A stretch of 64,000 bases of DNA from Neoconidiobolus thromboides FSU 785 (GCA_025603075.1 MU626294.1:62001-126000), one strand, 5' to 3'. Numbered from the stretch's first letter, positions 26,201-40,024 are shown. A program made the numbers and translations. Notes: a model not told the origin generated them from the sequence alone.

Positions 26201-28215
26201 ATGTATTTTTTGCACTTAGAAACGTACCACATTATACCAGCTTTGATCGGTGGGTTCATTCTTTTCTTTGGTTTGATCTCCTTAGTCGTTAAAGAAAAAC
26301 TTTTTTTATCTGAAGCTTGTAAGTATATATCTCGATAATGAAATTTCATATGAAATGTTAAATGAAAGACAAAATTCAAAAGCATCTTACTAATAGCGTT
26401 AATTCCTTTAGTGGTTGCCTTTGTTTTCGGGATTATAGTTGGACCAAAAGCACTTAATTTCTTTGATCCGTTATCTTGGCCAGAACATCAAACAGTTACT
26501 TTGGAATTCTCTAGAATTGTAATTGCGATCCAGGTATTATATTTATAATTATTTTAAATCAGTACTAACCACAACATCAAGGTTATGGCTGCTGGTGTAT
26601 ATCTTCCGAAGTTAGTGAAACATTTATTCAATAAATTGATCTTATATATTAAGTTTTCGTTAGGAAGTATCTATGGGAAGAAATGAAATCATTATTGGTT
26701 TTATTACTACCGGTTATGTTCGCCATGTGGTTGATATCAGCTGCAATTATATATGCTTTTTTACCTTTAACTTATGTAAGCAAATTCTATAAACCAATTC
26801 TATATTTTATTCCTTATTTTATTAGCTTGAATCTCTTATTATCGCTGCTTGTGTTACCCCTACAGATCCGGTAAGATTATATAATGATTTATATATTAAG
26901 CTATAATTCTATTAGGTTTTGGCCAACTCAATCGTAAAAGGAAGATTTGCTGAAATGCATGTGCCAATTCACGTTAGGGACATTTTATCAGCTGAGAGGT
27001 AAATTAATTAATTAACTAATATAAGTAATGAACATAGCTAATAATTTTAGTGGAGCAAATGATGGTAAAATGATGACTAAAACATATATTTGTATAATAT
27101 AACATTACTTTTTAGGCTTGGGGTTCCCTTATCTTTTCTTAGCTATTTTCCTTATGCATTATGATAGTACTGGATTAGCAATTGGAAACTGGTTTCTCCT
27201 AATTTGGGGTTATCAAATTGGATTATCAATAGTAGTTGGTGCAACAGTTGGATTTGCTGCACGTAAATTATTGAAATATGCAGAAACTAATGGCTTAATT
27301 GATAAAGAATCATTTCTTGCATTTTGGGTTGCATTAGCATTATTTCTTATGGGAAGTATGGCAATAATTGGGTCAGATGATTTATTTTCTTGCTTCATTG
27401 CAGGGAATGCATTTACCTGGGATGATTGGTTCCGTTTAGAAACAAGAGAATCCCATTTACAAGAAGTTATTGATTTAATCTTCAACTTTTCATTTTTCAT
27501 TTACCTCGGTACTATCATTCCATGGGCTGAATTTTCATTGCCCCAGATCGGCATTGAACCATGGCGTTTAGTTGTGATAGGCATTCTTGTTATAGTCTTA
27601 CGTCGTATTCCCGCCCTTCTTTTGTCTAAGCCGTTAGTTCCTGCATTAAGAACATGGCGTGAAGCCGTTTTTGCTGGCTGGTTTGGTCCTATCGGTGCAG
27701 GTGCTATATTTTATGCTATTGTTGCTATTGAAGAGCTTGAAACCTATGAAGAAGAATACAAAGTCATACCTTATATTTTCCCAGTTGTATCATTTTTGGT
27801 AATATGCTCAATTGTTGTCCATGGTATTACTATTCCTTTATTCTATATTGGTAAGCATATACGTACTCGTTCCATTGCTACCTCTACCGTTGTCAATAAT
27901 ATGGTATCAAAATTACCAAAGATACAAATTGGACAAGAAATTGTTATCAAAGGTAGAAAATCAAATGAGCTAAATGGAGCCTCTACTCATACAAATGTCT
28001 CTGGGGGTGGTGAAATCGAATATGAGCCGAATGAAGTATTTGAAGAGCCTTTAAATACTAATGAATCTTTAAGTGGAGATGTTAATAACAACGATAATAT
28101 AGTTACTTCAATTGATAATAATGATAATAATGAGGCAGATGAAGTTGAAGTAATTGTTAAACAAGATGGTAGAGTTGTCTCTGATGAGTTTTTACCAATT
28201 CAACATCGTTTATGA
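26201..28215 (+). CDS. NHA1: Alkali cation/H+ antiporter (Nha1/Sod2, CPA1 family), about 8 exons
   Basis: Exon 1 MYFLHLETYH...VKEKLFLSEA; ESGANDGLGFPY built across a short exon; FTWDDWF; GWFGPIG. Confidence 0.9.
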
Positions 28216-29099
28216 CAAAAAAGTGTTTAGAATTAGCTATGATTGCATTTCAAGCGTTAAAGTAATACTAACTCTAAAATCGATATGAACTCCTTTTCGA
28301 TATCATTATAATACACTTAATAAACAACGATTATTCATTATTCGATTTTCTTATTTTTTAATCTTCTCGCTTTATTAATATCAATTCAGACATTGTGTTA
28401 CTTTAAATCTAAATGTGAAGTATAGAATTTAAAATTGGCTTCATCAGAGATATGCTACTTTTGTAGTAAAAGACCAAAGTCTAAACAAATTAAGGATAAA
28501 ATAATAGTATGAGCTATACTGGTGCATCTATTGATAGAAATCAATCTTATATAATGTTTAAATCAAATAGTAAAGATTTATCTTTCAATATTAACAACAA
28601 AACAAAATTTCAATATCATTTTTTAAAATTCATCTATTTAAAAACTAAATAATCAAGAAACAAAAAAGGCTGCCTCAACATCATAATAAAACCTAATAAA
28701 GTAAATTATTGTGATTTAATTTTGTCAGATTGTTATTTTATTTACAGCCATTATCAGTATTTATATTAAATCAATTCAATTTCTTCAATGTCATTTCTTA
28801 GCCAATCATTTTCAACATGCAATTTATTTAAAGTAAAAATTGAATTCAGAAAACTTTGATCATAATGAATGAAAAAATATTTCTAAATCGTAATCAAATA
28901 CATCATTGTATGGGTTTTAACAAATAAAATAATATTATATAAACATAACAACTAATCATAAAATTAAATTAATGAAGTAAAGAGTTACTAGATAAAAAAT
29001 GATTTATTTAAAAGTTAATTTAGATGTTTGTTAATAAATACTTGTACACACTATACATTTTACTATTAAACATAGGAGTTGTATTTCTTTTTGTCTTTT

Positions 29100-29510
29100 T
29101 TAGTCTAAAAACTGACCGTTTAATATCATATCTCTCATTGGGGATTTTGAGCGTTGTAATAGTTGATTAATATTGCTGGTAAGATCTGTGTCGTTTGAAA
29201 TGGTATGGCTGCGTCTCCTTACTGTTGAAAATCCCCACTTTTCAGCAATCCTTTTGGTTTCACTATGGTTTAAGCTTTGCGTACGATAAGGCAACTTTGG
29301 TTTTTCTTTAACAGGATCGCTGCTTTCCGAGCTAAATGATGAGCTAGTTAAATAGGAGCTTGAGGATGATTTGTGGCTCATTTCTTTATCGTTTAGAATA
29401 TTATTATTATTAGTAGAATGAGCATTAATAGGGTTAGTATTAAGAAAGGTAAAGGTAGTTTTATTTAATATTGGGATTGGGATTGAGCTGCTATTTTTAC
29501 TATTTTCCAT
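29100..29510 (-). CDS. Small Ser-rich disordered protein, paralogue of 47826-48410
   Basis: Open 136-aa ORF sharing IAEKWGF and RS[KR]SPMRD.IL.GQF motifs with the 194-aa ORF. Confidence 0.75.
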   Translation of the reverse strand: MENSKNSSSIPIPILNKTTFTFLNTNPINAHSTNNNNILNDKEMSHKSSSSSYLTSSSFSSESSDPVKEKPKLPYRTQSLNHSETKRIAEKWGFSTVRRRSHTISNDTDLTSNINQLLQRSKSPMRDMILNGQFLD

Positions 29511-30699
29511 TTTAAAAAAATATCATGATTTCTGCCTTTACTGTATTTATACTTTTCAAAAGATAAAACAGTTAAGCTTAACTTTTGATATGGGTGTGTT
29601 ATAATTTATGACTTATTTTTATCAAGTTAGAGAAAGGTCAAGTGACATTTGAATTAATAGGATTGAAAGATAAGAGATAGTGAGAACACATCCAAAATAC
29701 AATTTCTAGCTCGTACATTATAAACAAGGTATTATGATGGGATAAAACATTGTTATATAATTTAAAAAAGTGCAAATTGAGTTTGAATTTTTAAAAAATA
29801 AAACAAGGTGGGTAAGTCTGGGTTTTAAAGCACTTAATTTTACCTATTAATTTTCTCCATTCAAGCACTAAAGAGTGGAATCTTTAATTTTATATCGTTA
29901 TTTATTTGATAAACCATATTGTTGGATGATGTAACGGTATGCTTGGATCACTTTAGGTTACTTTTAATTTGAGAACTTTATCAAATAAAATTGTATCAGT
30001 TATGGATAATTTTATGGAACTTTATTTTCTTTACAACTCAGCCTTATCCAGAATAGCCTTTTAATAGGAAATTGAATCTATGCTAACGTATTTTTTAAAA
30101 TATTGACACCAATTTATTAGTCTTTATAATTACAATTTTGCCATGATTAAATCAGATTACAGTTTATTTTCAAAAATATATAAGGAACTTATACGTACAA
30201 TTGTAAACTCTAAATAACTCTGTAAGAAAAAATTACTCACGCTTTTAGTTTTATCTAGTTTTTACTTCTTAAGCTCCATTAAGCTTTTGCTATCAAAATC
30301 ATATAATAAATAGCTGAATTTTCATGTAATATACAACCACCTACTAATAATAAATGATTTTGAAGCTATAAAAGCAGTTTGAAATGCCTTCAAAGGTACT
30401 ATAAACTACGTATTTACTATATTTTTATATTATAATACTAATATTTTAACTCCTTGTGTTGGTAATTAACTAAATGTAGTACAGTTTTACGCTATGAAGA
30501 ATAACTGCCCACTTTTATGCAAAATAATTCTAGAAACTTTATTAACTTATTTTTTATTTATTTGTTACAACAGATATATTTATTCACTGTATCTTAGTTA
30601 ATGTTTTATTAAGTTTTTAAAAATACTAACACTAAAATAAATAAATAAACAAAAGCATCTAAAGTTTAAACATCAACGAATAAATCAATGATGAGTTTG

Positions 30700-31490
30700 T
30701 TATAAAGTAATCTTATCAATCAGAGACTTGTTATAATTCTTACTACTATCAAGTACCCAAATTTTTGATTTTGATGTATCACTAAAGAAGAGTTGCTTTA
30801 TATTTGAAGAGCTAGTTGCCAATGTTTGTACCTTGTTGTCTGCATCAATAATAAAATTTTGGTTTTTATTTTCGGTTAAATCAAATTGATTATCATAAGT
30901 AGACACCATTGAAGTTATGATATTGTTTTTTGTGATGTTTTATTAACATAGCTGGAGCTTGAAGAACAATCACCACTATAGAGTTCTTCTGGCATAACAT
31001 TCTTGAAGACGTGATATTGACCTTCTTCCTAAAATCAGTAAGCAATATTGCGATCGAATCCACATCTTTCTTTATTTTAAAGAAAACTAAAGTTATCAAG
31101 TTGTTTTACAAGCATTACTCCATTGGATGTTTTTTTAGATGCCAGCCCATTTTTGGTGGCTAGTAATAAACTATTGTCTTCAAGAAAGATTTATGAAATA
31201 AGATTGTTTGTATATTTACTATAATCATAGTATTCTTCACTAATAAACTTACTCATATTTCCTATCAAATATCCAAACACCAAAGTTATCGTTGCTTAAG
31301 AAACAAAGCTTATCTTTAGTGAAAAGCATTGAAGTAAGGGGTTCGTCTTTATCAAAAGTCATTAGCATATCGAGCTTTAAAATTAGCCTCAAAATCTTTG
31401 CTTTCTCCTTTATTAATTTGAACAAATTTCGCTTTGTTATTATCAAATTCAACATCATAGATTATCCTCAAGTCCTTATTAAAAACAGGG
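30700..31490 (-). pseudogene. Disrupted coding-like remnant (possibly a beta-propeller-like protein)
   Basis: Protein-like segments in shifting frames separated by intron-like GTAAG..TAG, with an in-frame TAA (NLIS*IFLEDNSLLLATKNG) and apparent frameshifts; no family recognised. Confidence 0.35.
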
Positions 31491-31720
31491 AGCCTATATA
31501 TTATTTAGTTTCGAATCATATTCATTCAAACAACTATTTATTTTAAACCCGGATACAATTTAGGAGCAAAGAAAACTTAAAACCAAAACCGATTTTATCT
31601 TTGTACTATTTATTATTGTTTATTCGTTTCTTTATAGTTAAACAATGCTATATTACTTTCTATTTATATTATTTTTTGATCCTGTTTGGTATTTTGGTTT
31701 ATTTGATGTTCATGTTCATT

Positions 31721-31824
31721 AAATGGGGATGTTTTTTTTGGCTTCATCACTTTTTTCATTTTTTTAAATACCATTTACGTAGAAACATTGTTAGTAAAAT
31801 TCTTAAAAAAATACATCCCAAAAT
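31721..31824 (+). mobile_element. MITE family A copy 5
   Basis: Direct flanks AAAT/AAAT. Confidence 0.85.
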
Positions 31825-32242
31825 ATTATCTTTTTTATTAATCAATTATCAAGTATTTAGTATTTAAAACTGCTCCTACTATAATAAATATTAAACCATC
31901 TATTCTGGCTTATCTATATATAATCAAACAATTATATAATTATAATATATTTGTTTGAAATGATGTTTTTGTTAGAAGGATAGTATAGAAATTAATTTTG
32001 GTTTATAATTCGTTATTTTAAAATCGAATTATACTATTATAAAAACTATTATAATGACATATCCTCCTTAATATATTATTAAATGCCATGCATTAATAAT
32101 ATATTATAGTTTTCTATAATTTAAAGTCAATTATTTTAACTATAAGTAAAATTCATAAAACAATCCTACATGATTATTTTTATTATTATGGTATTGATAC
32201 TAGAGATTATAATATTTTGATAGATTAAGGTATGTTTTTATT

Positions 32243-32346
32243 ATATGGGGATGTTTTTTTGGCTTCATCACTTTTTCTACCTTTTAAGCAATATTTAGGC
32301 GAAAAACTGTTAGTAAATTCTTAAACATAAAAATACATCCCCATAT
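32243..32346 (+). mobile_element. MITE family A copy 6
   Basis: Intact GGGGATG...CATCCCC ends, TSD ATAT. Confidence 0.9.
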
Positions 32347-32839
32347 ACTATTTTTTTACCCCTTACCTTAGCTAAGCATTGTTTGCTTTCAAGGAAAATG
32401 CTAAAGTTTATATATAAAAGGGATATTAAGGCAGGAAGATAAGGATAATTTGATAGAAATGACTTGAGGTCAAAATAAATTGAATTAAGATAGCTACGTC
32501 TAACCTTGAATTAAACATCTAACTGATACTATATATAATTTTTTATATTAAAGGTTGCTGTTCTTCAACTGTAATTAGAGTTGAAAGGCATTGTGGTGTC
32601 AGTACTATAATTGCGTTGATTGAAGTTCCACATAAACCACTTGGTTTATAATAAATGCGTTTATAAAAAATACAGCATTATAGCTAACAAATATATATTT
32701 CTATAAACAATACTTTTAGAGGTTTAGCCTCTTTTATTATCAAGTTAAAACAATTTATAAACAAGTATATATTTTAAACATAACAAAATCATGCATATAT
32801 ATTACATATCTAAAATTTGTCAAATTATCATAAATTAAT

Positions 32840-32941
32840 ATATAAAGATGTTTATTTGGTTTCACCACTTTTTCCACTTTTTAAGCGCTATTTGAGTGGA
32901 AAATGCATTAGTGAAATTCTTAAAAAAGCGCATTCCCATAT
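32840..32941 (+). mobile_element. MITE family A copy 7
   Basis: Left end decayed to AAAGATG, TSD ATAT. Confidence 0.82.
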
Positions 32942-35024
32942 AGCCTTATAGTTATGTGCTTCAAGTTAGAAAGTTGGTTAAATAAATAAAAATAATTTTA
33001 ATTTTAAAAAGCATATACTTAGAAGAATTTGAGGTGATAGTTTTTAAATTTTGTAGCTAACAAGTTACTATTATAACTTGTTTACATAGTTGTTTGGTTT
33101 CAAAAGTTTATTTTATTTTAAAATATTAGAATAAAAGCAATATATTAATTCAAAACATTTTAGACTTTAAGCATTTCAAAAAAAATAATAAGTATAATTA
33201 AAAATACTGCTTTATAAAGCAGTAAATAAATATAAATCAGACTAAAACAATAAAGAAATTAAAATTCTAAATTAAATTTTATTTAGCATAATATAATTAT
33301 GAATAATTTTAAAATAGCTTTTATATATTATTAAAAAATTGTATTATTTTGACTGTTTAATTTAAATTATATGCTAAATTAGTATACTGCGTTAATTGAA
33401 TTTGACCACGTCACTGCTAACAGATTCCATTAGCTTTTGCCCAATAATAATTCAAAAAAGTTACACTAACATACTTTAAACACACACATTTAAAACAAGC
33501 TAAAAATCCAGATTTTTAATTTGGGATGAAATGAGCGTAATAAAGCTATCATTATTAGAACTTATAGTTAACCTATTTGTAGTTTCTATCCCTTCACTGA
33601 AGCTTAGCTCAAATATTACAATAAGTTCTTACTTCTTCTATGTTTATGTCATCAATGGTATTAATTATTTAATAATTCATAACAAACAAGGTTAGTTGAA
33701 AGTTGAGTTTGAAGTAGAATTAAAACAGTTGAAGCATAATTATTAAAAATTAAATCAGGTCTTATCCAATAAGGTAAAAGGATAATTTGATTATTCATAA
33801 GATTTATATGCTGGAAGATTTTATAAAAACATTTTTTAAAAGCAGTGATCCTCCACTGATGTATGTTCTGAGGTTTTTGGTATTAAATTAAAGTAGTTTA
33901 TTTTTAAAGTTGCTATTTGATTCAGTTTATTCTTATAAAAATGTACTCAAATAATAATGTTAGTTTTACTAAAAATAAGGATATATAGATCTATATTGAA
34001 TTGCTAAGTTTATACGTAAAACAAATTAAAGACTATAATGCAAGTTAAAACTGTCTACAATTGAGAGTTTAGAATCTTTATAAATTAATTGATTATTGCT
34101 TATAACCTTACTATACAGTTAAGAAAGGTTCTAAATTAGCATTTCATCTTTATTTTTAACATTTAACATTTTATATAAATAATAGAAAGTATATTTCGGT
34201 TGCACAGCTCCTTAATTATTCTCTGTGCTAAATATATCCGCTTTTTAATATGCCATTGATTTAGGATTACTTATAGATAAAAAGTAGTTTAAGGACAGTA
34301 TTTAATTATATAAATAAAATAGTATAAACTATTAAGGCTCCTTCTTTATTTGTATACCAAATTAAAACTAAGGATTTACTATTAATAGTAATGAAATGTA
34401 GATTTAAGTAGTTAGTAAAATGTTTCCATTATAAGTTTATTTAACTGAAGTTTAAACGTTAATTCATTATCATTATTATATTAGTGAAAGTAATGATTAG
34501 ATTATTATAATATTAAACAGGTTATTTTTTTATATTGCATAAATAGAATAGCTTTCATTCCAACTATTAAAATTTGATGATTTATTATAAAATATTAGGA
34601 ATATAATATAATTATATTTAATCGCATTTCATAATTATTAAAACCCATTTAAGTATCGAGAATTGTATAGATAAATAACTATTTAATAATAATGTTTAAA
34701 ATAAAAGTGTGATAGTAATGTTATGTCTGAAATGAAAATAAAGAATATAATTTAAATAAAATGATCTCATTAAGATCATATTATTAAAATAACCAAGCGT
34801 TTTTTGCTTTTAAAATTAATTAAACATGAGGAATTAAGATACTTTAATTCAATAAAACACCATTTTTTATTTACTTATTTGTGTTATTTCATTATTATAT
34901 TCTACCCCCTAAAATATGATCAAGCTTTGAATCATAGCCACATTATTTTAAATTAGCATATAAGCCATCGAATCATATATAAACACTCTCTTTCCATCCG
35001 AATTTCAATTAACTTTTGAAAAAA

Positions 35025-35588
35025 ATGTCTTTACTAGATTCTTACTCTGCTAGCTTAAACTTATTTAATACTCCTAGTCCTGAGCTTACTTCTCCAAAAT
35101 CAAAATGGGAGCGTAAGTTTTCTTACTGTCAAGTAAGCTTACCATCTATCTCTGACTTATTTCCAAACCATTTCTCTAAGCATCACGATGATCATGATAC
35201 GTATAAACGTAGATCAAGTGTTGATAGTTATAGTCGAGACTCTTGCCATCAACAAGATGTAGACTTCAATAACCCAAACCATATGCCTGTCAAAGGAAAA
35301 AGAAAACGTGCTAATTCAGTACAGATTCGCTTTTTGAATCGTGTATTTGAAACCACAGCTTTCCCATCTACCGAGTTAAGAAGTGAACTTGGTAAACAGC
35401 TTGGTATGTCACCAAGAGCAGTACAAATTTGGTTCCAAAATAAAAGGCAATCGTTAAAAGGCAACTTGCCACATGGTGATAGAGATTCTGCACGTAGAAT
35501 TTCTATTTCTTTACACTCTTTTGAGTCTAATTTATTACCTAAGCCTACCAAGCTTCATTCTTCCAACAGTTACACATTTTATCATTAA
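35025..35588 (+). CDS. Homeodomain transcription factor, single exon
   Basis: KRKRANSVQIRFLNRVFETTAFPSTELRSELGKQLGMSPRAVQIWFQNKRQS; first ATG at 35025. Confidence 0.9.
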   Translation: MSLLDSYSASLNLFNTPSPELTSPKSKWERKFSYCQVSLPSISDLFPNHFSKHHDDHDTYKRRSSVDSYSRDSCHQQDVDFNNPNHMPVKGKRKRANSVQIRFLNRVFETTAFPSTELRSELGKQLGMSPRAVQIWFQNKRQSLKGNLPHGDRDSARRISISLHSFESNLLPKPTKLHSSNSYTFYH

Positions 35589-36976
35589 GTTAATTCATTT
35601 ATTTTTCTTCTATTGTATAGTATTTTTTAAAAATAAACATTTTTGCTTCAATAAACATTAATTAAATTGATTTTCTGATGCATTAAGCTACTTGATAATT
35701 ACATAAATACTGAATAGAATATAAGTTTTATTAAAATTGGAAATATAGCGGGATTTATTTGAGAATAGAGTGAAATAAACTTCACCATTTTTAATTTACC
35801 CCAATCCCAAAGATAGAGGAAAAGAGTAATGCTTTTATCACTTCAATTTATGAAATAATTAATCCTTTGTTTAATAGTTATGTGCTCTAACTTAGCTATT
35901 GTATGGATGATTCGTATTAAATCAAAATTCCTTCCAAGGTCCTATTACAAATAATAGTGAGATAATGATTTGTCTTCACCAATCATAAAAATAGTTATGA
36001 TTTATATTGGACTTTGTTATTTTGTGAATATTTAATAATGACATAATAACTGTCTGTTTTTTTTACCGTCTTGCTATTATAGTTGAAGTAAAATGAAATG
36101 GGTAAATTAAAAAATAATGCTATTGGCCTAACAATAATAATATTATTAATAGTTTATCAAACGACATCGTTTATTAAAATGAGTAAAATAGGGGAATTTT
36201 GTTTTTAATAAAATCAAACTTGCTGAGATCAACGTTTTAAATGTTGTCATTTTATTTTAAACTCACTTTAAAACTTAAATTTCAAATTTGATGCAGCTTA
36301 TTTAATAAAATTTATACTTCATTATTACTTTAATACACAAAAGACAAAATTTCTCACAATGTGGCTTAGTTAAGGATTTCTGGGTGATGAAGCAGGCACT
36401 AATTACATTATAAATGGACTTTTTTAATAAAGTAACTAAGTTGAAATTAAATTAATTTTTTATTAAAAGACCAGTAAAATTTAATTTTATAAAATTAATT
36501 GTTATTTATTTTAAATCATCGTTTAATTTTTTCTTTTTTCCTTTCATCAAAATTTAATTAAGATTAGCTTATTCCCCTTTTCTACTTTGGTTTTGGCAAT
36601 ATAAGCTAAAGGCTTATTTTTTATTAAAAAATCAACACCGTAAAATTTACAAATCTTACAAATAATAAAACTAAAATCTGATTAAATTTGCAATTTTTTT
36701 GGAAATGTTGCATTTTCTAATTAACTGGTTTATGGTAATCAAAGAAATCATTTAATACTTAAAACTTCTTAAGTAGGGATACAACGAATAATGAAAATCG
36801 GTCCACTTTGATTACTATTTTTAATAAATCAATTATTCTTAATAATAAATAAATTTGTTTTATCTCTATTTACTTGATTTGAAACAAATAAGAGATATTG
36901 ACTTCCCCACTTTAGTTTTACAATTTTATTATATTTTTTTATTTTCTGATTTTTATATTTGTAGATTGAAATTAAG

Positions 36977-37066
36977 ATTTGGGGGATGTTTTTTTGGTTT
37001 TATTATTTTCCATTTTTAAGCACTATTTGAGTCGAAAAACTGTAAGTAAAAAAGGCATCCCCATTT
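36977..37066 (+). mobile_element. MITE family A copy 8 (internal deletion)
   Basis: Direct flanks ATTT/ATTT. Confidence 0.82.
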
Positions 37067-37180
37067 TAAACCAAGTTTGATCTAAGTGGTATTCGCCCCA
37101 TACATTTTATATAAAAGCAAATAAAGTGTGTTTTAGTTTCGAACCTTATTTCAAATCAAACCAAAATTTTTCTCTAATTA

Positions 37181-37308
37181 CTAGCACAAACATCAGCCAC
37201 GTTAACCAATTTTATGCCTTTATTTAGAAAAACACTAAGAAATCTTTTACTTAGTGTTTTTCTAAATAAAGGCATAAAATTGGTTAATGTGATTGGTATT
37301 CATGTTAG
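37181..37308. repeat. Ungapped 59-bp inverted repeat with 10-nt loop
   Basis: Inner 38 bp (37202-37239 vs 37250-37287) are perfect; the outer 21 bp carry 8 mismatches. Confidence 0.9.
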
Positions 37309-37746
37309 TGTAATAAGAAATCAAGTGAGTTGTTTGGTTATCTTTATGGAGGGTGGTAACTCACTGATTGTACCACGTTGTACTTTACAACTTTTTCTAC
37401 TCTTACTATACCATGCCATTTTTCGCTACCTTACCTTAATTAGTTTAATTTTTTTGTTGGGTAGAAAGCAAACTGGATTTTAAAGTGGTTAGCTTCAAGC
37501 GATTTGAGTTGATAGTGGAGTTATTGTTTTATTATAGTAATATAAACAAAAGATATAATTAAGGGGGGGTAATAATAGTGTTTTTAAAGTAACAAACGCG
37601 AATAGACCCATCAAGATAAACCTAGTTTATTAAAAGTATCGTATTATAATATATTACTATTAATAAATGTATAAATGTGCTTTAAAAAGCTTGAAATAAA
37701 TACAAATCAGACGTTATAAAAAAAACTCAAAAAAAGGTTTAATTAT

Positions 37747-38004
37747 ATATAGGCTAGTTTAAAAGCTCGGTTCAAATTTTGCCCAATTTCGATTTTTAGC
37801 AAAAATTAAAGTTGAGCATTAAATATTACAATTTTTTTTGCCTTTTTGCTTTTTTGCTTAATTTTGGATTCTCATACTGAAGCGTTTTTTTGTCTGATTA
37901 CTTAAGAGTTTTTTTAAAATTTACACTACATAAAAAATAGTCAAAAAAAAGTAAACTCGAAAATTTATTTTCAATTTTAACCAAGCTTTTAAACTAGCCC
38001 ATAT
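37747..38004. mobile_element. MITE family B: 250-bp non-autonomous TIR element
   Basis: TIRs AGGCTAGTTTAAAAGCTCGGTT / AACCAAGCTTTTAAACTAGCCC; ATAT on both flanks. Confidence 0.8.
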
Positions 38005-38291
38005 ACAGTTAGAACTGGTTGCAGTTAGATTTACAGGGATTTATTTCAAAAGCGATTTGTACAATTTAGTTAGGATGTCCGAATTAGGAAAAGTAAATTT
38101 TTTCAAATTTGCAATTTCTAAATGTTAAATAAAAATGAAATAATATTAACAGGTACTTTTCCAGTATCAATCTAAATGGGTCGATGATGAAAGCAAGAAA
38201 AGTACACTAAAAAGTAATTGTACAAATTTGGGCCTTTAACACAGTAAAATTTGAGTCTTTAATTACGACCAAAACCTCTATAGCTAATATT

Positions 38292-38393
38292 ATATGGGGA
38301 TGTTTTGATTTCATCACTTTTTTCATCTTTTAAGCACTATTTTAGCGGAAAATTATCAATAAAATTCTTAAACACAAAAATACATCCCTATAT
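38292..38393 (+). mobile_element. MITE family A copy 9
   Basis: Full length, TSD ATAT. Confidence 0.88.
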
Positions 38394-38710
38394 AATGCTT
38401 TCTATAATAAATTTTATATACAAGATATGAACCGTAAACATATCTTTTCTCTACTCTTTTTATATTATTTATACCTTTATTTTTAGCTATTATACTTCCT
38501 GGGGCTGGTACTGTTTTCTATTTTACCTACCATTTATAGCAATCAAGAGCATTTGTTTCAGTAATAGCAAAATTGAAAGCTAAAAAACAATTTTTTATAT
38601 TAAAAAGTATTTTAGAAGTACAACATTAAATTTATTTTATTTTGTATATTTATTAAAACCTATATTAAATTTTCTATAATACTTATATACTAACAAGTTT
38701 TTTCATTAAT

Positions 38711-38816
38711 ATGTGGGGATATTTTTTTTTGGCTTCATCACTTTTTCCACTTTCTAAACGCTATTTGAGCAGAAAAATTATTAGTAAAATCCTTAAACAC
38801 AAATACATCCCTATAT
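38711..38816 (+). mobile_element. MITE family A copy 10
   Basis: Full length, flanks ATGT/ATAT. Confidence 0.87.
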
Positions 38817-39010
38817 TTTAATATTTGTATTTAGCAACTATAATAAAAAGCAATTATTATAAAAATTGATACTTAGTGATTAAAGTTAAGAGTATTTTTT
38901 GTTTGATCAACTAGCTATAAGTCAAAATAATTTAGTTTACATAATCAAAATATATTTGAATTATAACAATAGCATATAATAAGCTATAAATTATACAAAA
39001 ATAAAATAAA

Positions 39011-39109
39011 AGATAGAGATGTATTGTGTTTAAAAATTTACTAATAGCTTTTCCACTCAAACAACGCTTAAAAAACGGAAAAAATGAAATGAAAAAAACA
39101 CCCTCAGAT
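39011..39109 (-). mobile_element. MITE family A copy 11
   Basis: Direct flanks AGAT/AGAT. Confidence 0.83.
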
Positions 39110-40024
39110 ATTACCATAAAATCTATGTAAAATACTGTCAAAAAAACTTTATAACTTTATTAAAAATATAATATCAAAAAATAATTTAATAAAAAAACTG
39201 AGTTATATGAAATCTAATACTCAGTGGTTGGAGTCAAGGCAGTTTTTGTTTGATTGACTAGCCGTAGGTCAAAAGGTCTTAGTTTATGTAACTAAGATAG
39301 GTTTGGATTATAAAGAATACCACTTAATAGGTTATTAGCTATGTAAGATAAATAAAACAAACAATACTAGTAAAATCTACACAAAGTAGTATCAGAAAGA
39401 TTTAGTGACTTCACCAAAGGTATGATATCAAGAAGTAATTCAATCAAAAAGCTTCAAATTATTATGTTGAAAAGTCTCTTTTATACTCTAACTGAGTGAC
39501 TACATATAGGAATACAATAATAGTTATTCATTACCATAATTACCAAGTATGGACACTAAAAGGGGAGTAATGTCTTTCACAGTTAGGCGGTAGAAATTCT
39601 CATAGAAAACCAAAATAAGGAGCTCTAAATTGATTGTACCACATGAATCATGGTCAAGTTAATTACAAGTTTGTAATTAGTTTTGTAAACAAGTTAAATG
39701 GTTATCATGTTATAATTAATCCGAGAGCTAATAAAATGATATTTCACAATTATTATATTGAAAAAAATTATATTCCAACCAACTAGGTGACTATATATAT
39801 AAAATATGATAACAGTTATTTTTTATTACAGTTACTAAATATACATATTAAAATAAAAAAATAATACTTTTGTAAAAGTTAGTACTCAGTAGTTGAAATT
39901 AAAAATAGTTTTTGCTTAATTAACTGACTATAAGTCAAAAAACCTTAATTTATATAATCAATATAGGCTTAGATCTATAGAGACAGTATATAATAAGCTA
40001 TGGATTATATAAAACAAATAAAAA

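Noticed and set aside
31601-31867. 88-aa track ORF
   Set aside because: Runs across MITE copy 5; Phe/Ile/Tyr-rich translation of AT-rich DNA
37214-37483. 89-aa track ORF
   Set aside because: Begins inside the palindrome; no protein-like features
38050-38230. Short inverted TTTGTACAATT repeats
   Set aside because: Only ~12 bp and contain a palindromic core; expected by chance in AT-rich DNA
38932-39141. 69-aa track ORF
   Set aside because: Overlaps MITE copy 11 and the decayed repeat
39219-39260. ACTCAGTGGTTGGAG resembles a tRNA A-box/D-arm
   Set aside because: No B-box (GTTCRA), no cloverleaf, no acceptor stem
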